Assembly (NCBI GenBank): GCA_051362555.1
Contig: CM120645.1
Location: 23,650,934-23,714,933, forward strand
Origin: Lingula anatina
Lineage: Eukaryota; Animalia; Brachiopoda
Reading direction: 5' to 3'
DNA: 64,000 nt
The translations under genes and the position numbers were made by a program. Shown in pieces: positions 55,864 to 64,000 of this stretch. Positions within the stretch are counted from its first letter, which is position 1, and the number at the start of each line of letters is the position of its first letter. The notes beneath the pieces were generated by a model. The model did not search any database. It was not told where the DNA came from and saw nothing but the letters and a program-made list of their open reading frames with translations.

Positions 55864-56167
55864 CTGGAAAATTTGAGAGTTTCAGTTGTTTGCGGATAGC
55901 ACAGTTTTATTTTTAAGAGTAAAACTTACTCAGTAGTCTAATCTTAAATGGTATTTTTTCGTATCCTTATTTAATTTAACCTTTAAAATGAGTATTTTAC
56001 TCGTCTAATAAAAAATAAAATTTAACAAAGAAGCACCCAAGCAGATTTAGCACTGTAAATGCAAGTGAATATGTGAAATAAATAGATGCATATCACGTCT
56101 TGCGTTAATTTTTCGGTTCTAAGGCAGCCATTTTGAAACAAATCTACTTTTGATAGCATCCACTTAC

Positions 56168-56320
56168 CTTCGTTTTTGCGGCTTGATGAACCAATCAAAG
56201 GGGAAATTATGGGTAAAATAATATAAATCTAATCGTATTCTATCGTTTTTCTGCACACATGTTTCGTACGTGCATATATACTCTACAAAATCCACTTTTC
56301 TTTCATGCACTTTTCGACTC
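56168..56320 (-). other. DNAH12: Putative non-coding first exon of DNAH12 (5' boundary approximate)
   Basis: Donor AAG|GTAAGT at 56168/56167. The first coding exon begins exactly at cag|ATG (55863), which implies an upstream UTR exon. Confidence 0.6.
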
Positions 56321-56490
56321 TTGTTGTTATGGACGGAATCGAATATGGCCGAATATTGTCGACAGAATACGGGAACCCCTTATCTTAGCGACTTTGTCAT
56401 TGGTCAAGTTCCCAAGCTAAGCCAATGAGATATCTCCGTTCATAACCATGAGCTCGTGTCCTGGCAACCGAGACGTCACGTAAACAATAA
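56320..56490. promoter_or_regulatory. Bidirectional DNAH12/IQUB promoter
   Basis: Lies between divergent first-exon donors (56168 minus, 56562 plus) in CpG-rich sequence. Motifs: X-box-like GTTGTTATGGAC (56323-56334), ATTGG (56399-56403), CCAAT (56422-56426), X-box-like GTGTCCTGGCAAC (56456-56468), CRE-like GACGTCA (56472-56478), forkhead GTAAACA (56480-56486). Confidence 0.75.
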
Positions 56491-56562
56491 GCTAAAAATT
56501 AGGTCAACGCGAATGCAAATGTCTGCAGGGAAAGGACGAGTGAATGTATAGTTAAAATACAG
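56490..56562 (+). other. IQUB: Putative non-coding first exon of IQUB (5' boundary approximate)
   Basis: Donor CAG|GTATGT at 56562/56563, matching the acceptor ttttccacag| at 57226/57227, 16 nt before the ATG. Confidence 0.6.
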
Positions 56563-57242
56563 GTATGTTTATCGTTATATTTATATGATTTTTGTGTATG
56601 TTATAATTTCATTTATATATTTGATTAACACTCGATTGTCAGGGTATGTTTTTGATATTTAAATGTCAAATTCTGAATTAAAAATCGTAATTATTGAGGC
56701 GAATATCTGGATGGTGACTGCCATGTTTTCATTGATTAGCCACGTTCATCTTTGCCAATTTCAGTGACATTTTGGCAATAATCCTATGATTTTACTCTTT
56801 TTTCAAATTAATTCTTATTGTGGTTTTTGTACGACTGCCTGAGGTACTGATTATATTAGTATGGGGATAATGCCTGCAGGAGGGATAAAAACACTGTGTT
56901 GGCGTACACTAACAAATTCTACAGATTTTTAAATCATTTTGTCACCAAATTGAATTTGAAGAGAGTTGTATTGCCACAGCTGTAGACAAGAGAGGTTATT
57001 GATTAGTCCCTGTACTGTATTGCAATATTTTACATTTCACATTAAATTCAAGATTAAGATTATAATTAGAAATTACTGTCAGATATATCACGCAAAATAA
57101 ATCACTGTTATTGCAAGGTGTTATTAACTGCAGGTTCATTTTTGTATTTATAATTTATTGACGTTAGAATGTGGTTAGAACTAAATTATATTAATTGTTA
57201 CTTAATGAGAATTTTTTTTTCCACAGAAAAAAAAGAAATATC

Positions 57243-60200
57243 ATGGCAGACCAGGAAGAAACTGCTCAGCCTGAAGCTACAGAGGAACAACAGCCAGCTC
57301 CTGCAGAAGAGCAAGCTCCAGAGACACAGAATGAGACAGAAGAAACTACTGCTACGGAAGCAGCAGAAGCAGCCCCTGCAGCAGAGGCTGAAGAAACAGC
57401 ACCTGTCACAGAAACAGCAGAGACAGACCCTGCTGCAGAAACAACAGAAACTGCAGCAGAGCCAAATGGAACTGAACAGGAACAGGCAGCAGCCACAGAA
57501 AATGCAGAAGGAGAACAAGAAGCTGCAGCACCTGTAGAAGGGGAACAAGAGGCTGCAGTAGAAAATTCTGCAGAACAAGAAGCAGGAGAAACGCAGGAAG
57601 ATACAGGTGATGCTGCGCAGACATCAGAAGAAGTTAAAGCTGAGGACACGGCAGAGGCACCCACCACAGAAGAACAACCAGAGGGTGAGGGAGTGGAGGA
57701 GGAGAGCCCCACTGCAGTTGTAGAAAACACAGACACTCAGGCTACTGAGGGTGAGACTGAGGCTGCTGGAGAGACACAGGAGGGTGTAGAGGAGGGTGCA
57801 GAAGAGGGGGCACCACAGGCTGAAGAGGCTCCTGAGGAGGCTCCAAAAGAAGGAGCTCCAGAGGGAGACGAGGCCACACCTGCAGATGATAAGCCAGCAG
57901 AGGGTGAGGCACAGGAGGAAGAAAAAGCCGAAGACGGTATGGAGACTGCAAAAGCCGATGAAGGAACAGCAGCAGCAGGAGAGGAAGAACAGAAAGCTGA
58001 GGAAGGGGAACAAGCAGATCAACCCACAGAACTGGCTCCTCCGGCTCAGGAAGGAGAGAGCAAACCAGCAGACACTGAGGGTATTGCTGGGGCATCAGAG
58101 GTCAGTCTGGGTGCCAAGGGTCCAGAGCCCCCCACCCCCACCCCTGAACCCCAGAAAGAGAGTCATGGCACAGAGACCGTGGAGGGGAGGGACCAGTTTG
58201 AGGTTGACCCCCAGGCTGTCTCCCCCAGTCCTCATGTTAACCTGGATGCCAATGTCACAGGTAAATACACTATTCAGGGATGTAATTTTTCCTTTTTTTT
58301 CAGATTTCCATTATTTTAAAACTTTGCTTTTTCTTTAACTATTTTTAAAACTTGATAATTGCACAACAGCGTCAATTTCAGATCCCCCCTCCCCCTACAA
58401 ATCATATCTCTGAAAATTGTTTTATTGGATATTTTATTTTAAAATATATTGTGCATCGATATCTTTATAAAAGTTTCTGTCACACGTTAAAACATTTTAA
58501 AATTAGAGTACTGGTATACTTGAATTAGCAGATATTTTATATTTGAAAGTGTGTGAAATCTATAATGTCAAAATTATTATTACATTTTTTTCATATTTCC
58601 AGTAAAATTTGTCCTGATGCCCAGTGGTCAGGTGGCCACTCTGGCCTGTACTCTTGGTCAGACACTGTCAGAACTGAAGGCACATTTTGCTGCAGAACTG
58701 AAGATGCCAGCAAACACAATCCTCCTCATGTTTGATGGTGAGTGCTTGTCATATAGGCATTAAAATCTCCTGTCTTTAAAAAATGTCAAAGAAATTAGAA
58801 AGCTAAAAATATGATATATGTGTCCCGACTTTTGAAACAGTTGCTATTGGGTTCTCAGTACTGTTAAACACACCTTGTTCCTCTCTTTGAATGGTGCATT
58901 TGAATTGACAGCCAAGATGAACATCTGAAATACAAATTTGTTTTATTTTTGTTTAATTAATTAAGAGTAAACGTGAAAGTGTTACTAAGCATTGATATCA
59001 CTGACAAAATCTTTTCCTTTGTGATGTCATAGTTATGATGTCACAAAGCAAAGACTATGAGGTCACAATCAGTCAAAAAACTTAGTAACATACAAGTAAA
59101 AACAAAACAAAATGTCCAAAGTACTAAAATGAGGTAAGGTTGATTAATTCTTCATATAGGATAAAGTCAATATTATTTATGGTAGCACAGTAAATGGAAA
59201 GCTTATTGTGAGTACTTGCTTTTATTGCTCTATTTTTTTTTCAAACATTTAAGGTAAAAACATGAATGATAAGACCACACTGGCAGACCTTGGAGTTGGT
59301 CCTAATGGTACGGTACAGCTGGAGATGCAGTCAGCTGACCCAGTAAACGCCCCCATCAAACCTTACAGACCTCGCCAAGAATACCACATGCCTGACGTCA
59401 TCACTGTCAGGGTGCCTACAGGTGAATGATGGCTACCTTTTTAAATTGATTTTTATTTATTTATTATTTTACTTTATTTATTTGTTTTCTTTTAAATGTT
59501 TTCACAGTTGATTTCAGTAGGTGTGAGAAATGAAGACAAACATATGGATTCATTTCTCATGCAATGAACTCTTTTGTACTTTTATAGAAATAATTTTTTT
59601 ATGATTTGAAAAAAAAAACTTGCGTATATTTTTATGAGAAATATTAGAATACCTTCATTATTTATTCATGCTGTTGAAAAAATGTTTTCTTGGCATATGT
59701 ATTAAGCATGTTTACAAATTCATGAAAGATAATGTAAGAAATTGTGACTTCAGAGGATGGCAAGGACTACAGAGATGTAGTGGTGGAAATTGAGAGGACC
59801 ACTTCCAAGAAGCCATTCCTGGGCGGTTACAAACACAAGAAGACCATGGTGGAGTACCACCACGCCTCCGCTCAGACCATGCAGAAGAGACCGCCCGAGT
59901 CTGGCGTGCAGAAGTTCTGCCGCGATACACAGACAGTACAGCAGCAAAACATGCGCATGCAGACCACAGAAGACACGTCCACACAGATGACCAAGATTGG
60001 GGTTTTTGTGTCCAATATGGCAGACAAGCTGTTGGTGCCTGGGAAATACACCACTGCAGATCAGCACCATGCTATGATCTTACAGAAGGTATGGTACTGG
60101 TATCTTTAAGAGATAAGATTTTTTCCATTATTGTTATTTATTTATTTTATTTTTTATTTTGGATAGATTGGGGGGGGGGGGAGGGGTAGTACAAAATGTG

Positions 60201-63200
60201 GTCATAATGAAAAGTACACTTAAAAAATTAACAACAGGGAAAATTTGAGAAGTTTTTGCTCTTGTTTGCATATGTATTAGAATAATCATTGGCTCTTATT
60301 GTGAACTGAGGTATTTTATAAGCTGTAGAATGTGATTGTGGTGAGGAAAAAAAATTACATTTTCATGAGTCTATTGGATTCTGTTTTCAGGTGATTATAA
60401 TCCAGAAGTACTACCGGCGGTGGCTGGCCAAGCGCTATGTCCAGAGTGTGAGAGAGGATAGAAGGATGAGGTTGGAGTGGGAAAGGAAGGAAGAAATAAG
60501 GAAGAAAAAGGAAAAAGAGGATAGAATTAAGAGAGAATTTGAAAGGAGGATGAATCCCAAATCAAAGGAAGATTTTGATTTATTATATCATGCTTTGGAA
60601 CGTGAGTGTACACTACTTATTGCTAGATTGTGTTGAGATGGGTCATAGAATTAATGGCTGCAATCATCAAGAAAAATTGTGATGTTGTTTTAACTTGGAA
60701 GCTCTTATGATTCATTTTATTTTTTATTTCTGTGTTATGGTTTTCATTTATGCATTTATAGACAGCATAATATTTTTAAAGTATTTTTTTATTTGTTTTT
60801 GAAGTGAATATAGAAAAATAAGAGATTGGATCTAAAAAAAAGGAAAATTTTGGCTACATTTATGAAAATATATTTGCTTATATAATAGAAAAACAGAAAC
60901 ACAAAGAGTTGAAAAGTTAAAACTCCAGTTTCACACAAGCAGCAGTTTTTTTCTTTTTGACATAATAATTATGATTAAATTTTTCAAATTTGATCCAATG
61001 TTAACTTTTAGAATGGCGGCAAGAGGAACTGGACAGAATCAACTCCAGTTTGTCAGGAGCAGAGAGGAAAGCTGCCCTCTGTCAACTCTTGGAGCAGGAG
61101 ACACAACTCATAGCTTCTATAGGAAGACACAAACTGGAGGCCGACTCCGATAACAAGTCCAAAAATATTGAGAAATTCTTAGAAAAGGTGAGCTCTCTTT
61201 TATTTTCCACTGCTTAATGGATAATTAATAACATTTTTTTTCTGATTGAGTGTGTTTAAAAAAAACAAGCCCATTCATTTGGCTTTATGAGATCAGTTTT
61301 AAGATTGATTGTTTTATCCCACGCATCTATTTAGATGATAAATACCAATTTTTGTTAATGTTTAACAAATCAACAAATAAAATTCCAAGCTCTGATCTTT
61401 AAAATAGTTTCAAACACATACATGGTCATGAATGGAAGTTTTCTTTGAATTGACTATGTATGAATTTTTTAAATAAAGGTTAAGAACAAAATTTTTTTGA
61501 GATATATGATATTTTTAAAATAATTGAAGCCAATGACAATAATTTCAGGCTGCGGCTCCCAAGAGATGGAAGAGCGGTGATGGAAAGTACACGGAAATGG
61601 ACACCCCGTTCACCATTAGAGCTCAGGAGCTGAAGGATATCTATAACAGTATCAATATGAAGTATTTAACACAAGACGAGAGACTGGACGTGTTACTTAC
61701 TCTGAAACATACAGTAAAGGTGAGAGCAGCAGGATTGAGGTGGTATAGAATGTATCATAAAAAGAAATAATAATAAAAATAATAATAATAATAATTATTA
61801 TTATTATTTTATGGCATTATACCTATATAGCGTACCCATTAGCTGTTTTCAGTAATATCTTAAAGGGATAATACTGTAGCTGTTTTTTTGGCAAAAAATG
61901 GATTTTCCTGAGGTAAATGGTACAATTTTCCCATATTTGCCAATGAATCCATTCCGACATTCATGGTTAGTCCCCTTTTTTCTCTAAAATTTTTTATTTT
62001 AATTTTTTTTAATATTTATTTATTTATTTATTTATTTATTGTTCTAGGAACACGACTGTAAGCTCACCCAGGAGATCATAGAGCTCATAGACAGAGAGGC
62101 AGATCTTTTGATGAGAGGAGTGAAGGAAAACAACCTGGAGGGACTTAGGAAAAGAATCTCTACGTTATTCCTACAGTACATCAAGACACCGACATTTAAC
62201 CCAGAGGCCGCCAGGTTACTCAAGGTACGGGGTCTTTAGATTATTTTGTTAACTTTGTGAAAATGTACAACATCACATCCAGACTCCTGTATACCTTATC
62301 TACCGTCAGTTAATCATGATTTGAATGCTTGCATTTTTTTGCATTTGATTTGGTCGTGTCTGTGTCTTTAGTCTGTTTGGAGACAAAAGGTTTACTGTAA
62401 ATGCAGATATATTTTCAATTTTTAAACTTATTAAAGGCTTACTTTTGTGTAAGAAAAAGGTGTTTATTTCACCTTCAAATTGGTTGAAAAAAATAGGAAG
62501 TCTGGGTGAGGGAGATTTAGCTAATATATACAACAATTAAAATATTTTTATTTCATTGAAAATTTCCTAATTTCTTTATTTGCTGATAAGATTTTTGAAA
62601 ATTATTATTTTATCTATCCTTTAAAATCTTCATTTTATATATATTTATCTACAGGTCCCACAGGATCCGTCCACACTGCGCAAGAACATCTACTACTGCC
62701 GCAGCTGCAACAGCTATCTTCCGTCCACAGAATTCCAGTTGTCGTCCAACTCTCGGACCGTTGGCAAGTGTCGCAACTGCATGAAGATCGACAACGACGC
62801 CCGCGTCCGACAAGATCTCAGCCATTACCGCTTCATGCTCAAGACGCTGCGTCGCTCGGAAGAACAGTTCCAAGATGGCGCCAAGATTGCGTTCTTGTTA
62901 CAGGTAAGCTTTGGTCGCAGTGCTAACGTTACAGCTAAAAGAGTATCCAGGGACTTCTACTCTTTACATTTTGTATACACTTTACATTTCATTGGCACTT
63001 CTTTTGGTATTTTAATAATAAAGTGTATTGCTAGCAGCTTTGTTATGCTGTACCTTGCACAAAATCTGAATTCTTTCTTAAAGCGAAAAGTTAAGATGTG
63101 TAAGTGTTCTAGTAGCACTTTATTTTATATAGCTTAGTCATACTTTGATTTAAAACTGGGGTTCATAATAATATTACTGAGTATTCATGCTTGTTTATGT

Positions 63201-64000
63201 AGGAATCTTGAACGCAAAAAAAACCCCGACTACGTTCGTACTTAGAAGACCATTGCTCGAGCGAAGTTGGTTGTTGAGTACATCGTTAATCATTTTAAGC
63301 TCCATATTCCCGTGTTATCTTTCTAGGAGAGTGACTTGCGTTACTTGATCGAGAACGTCTGGAACAGCCAGAGCGTCCTCAGTGCCTGGGAGGACCTCTA
63401 CGACCTGGTGCTGTGCCGCTGGGACAAGTTTGAAGAGTGGGCCCCCTGGAACTGCGTCCTCCTGACCAAGGACGAGGCGTCCGCTCATATGAAGCTGGAG
63501 AACCTGGAGGAGGTGGGTGGTTAGAACTTTGACTTCAGATTTTTTTAAAGACGAAGAATTATTTCTGTGGCCAGTACATTGAAATACACGATGTCTGAGG
63601 ATAATATTGTGTATTTTGTTTGAGTTAAGGCAGAAATTAGAGATGGTTTACAATTAAGTGTTACATGAAAAAACTAAATACTGTGATTCTGTAAGTGACT
63701 GATTGTATTTACGATTTTTAAGTGGAGTTACAAGATCTGGAATGTGCTTCATGATAAATTTATTTGCGTTTTTTTTTTATAGAATAAGTCGATCGGTTCT
63801 AATATTTATTATTCTATGACGAAAATATAAATAATAACACATAACATTCTACTTTCATCAGGGTTACGGCCAAGTCTTAATCCACAAGGTTAAGCACAAG
63901 CACACCTTGGCTCGGAACTATTTCTCTCGTCTGCCAGGAATGGCGGAGTACATGCACCAGAAGTCTAAAACAACTCTAACCAACCAAGACCAGTCTTCTC
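57243..64000 (+). CDS. IQUB: IQ motif and ubiquitin-like domain-containing protein (radial spoke 1 component), 3'-truncated by the window
   Basis: Exons 57243-58260, 58603-58737, 59254-59421, 59754-60088, 60391-60601, 61012-61187, 61549-61719, 62048-62224, 62655-62903, 63327-63512 and 63862 to the window end, all phase-compatible. Ubiquitin-like domain ([10 protein letters not shown]...[12 protein letters not shown]...TLADLGV), [22 protein letters not shown] motif [30 protein letters not shown]...CRNC and [10 protein letters not shown] are characteristic of IQUB. Confidence 0.92.

Noticed and set aside
57169-58338. Multiple alternative-frame and antisense ORFs over the first IQUB coding exon
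   Set aside because: Shadows of low-complexity GAA/GCA-rich coding sequence.

Overview
AT-rich, intron-rich animal genomic DNA. The taxon is probably a lophotrochozoan such as a mollusc (inference from composition only). Three genes are present. (1) A complete axonemal inner-arm dynein heavy chain of the DNAH12 type on the minus strand (ATG 55863 to TAA 13594). I traced 65 coding exons with consistent intron phases, giving about 4005 aa. (2) IQUB, a radial-spoke-1 IQ/ubiquitin-like protein, on the plus strand. It lies head-to-head with the dynein gene across a promoter of under 400 bp carrying RFX X-box-like, CRE-like, forkhead and CCAAT motifs, and it runs off the window end. (3) The first coding exon of a CaMKI-like kinase on the minus strand (7427-7509), with the rest of the gene left of the window. 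The most unusual aspect is the splicing architecture of the dynein gene: a duplicated pair of 141-nt exons that are probably mutually exclusive, a 47-bp minisatellite that amplifies an authentic splice donor about 13 times, three further duplications spanning splice junctions, a GC-AG intron, several candidate in-frame microexons and a candidate alternative terminal exon. All gene models are manual readings without RNA data. Family assignments rest on recalled similarity, not database searches.
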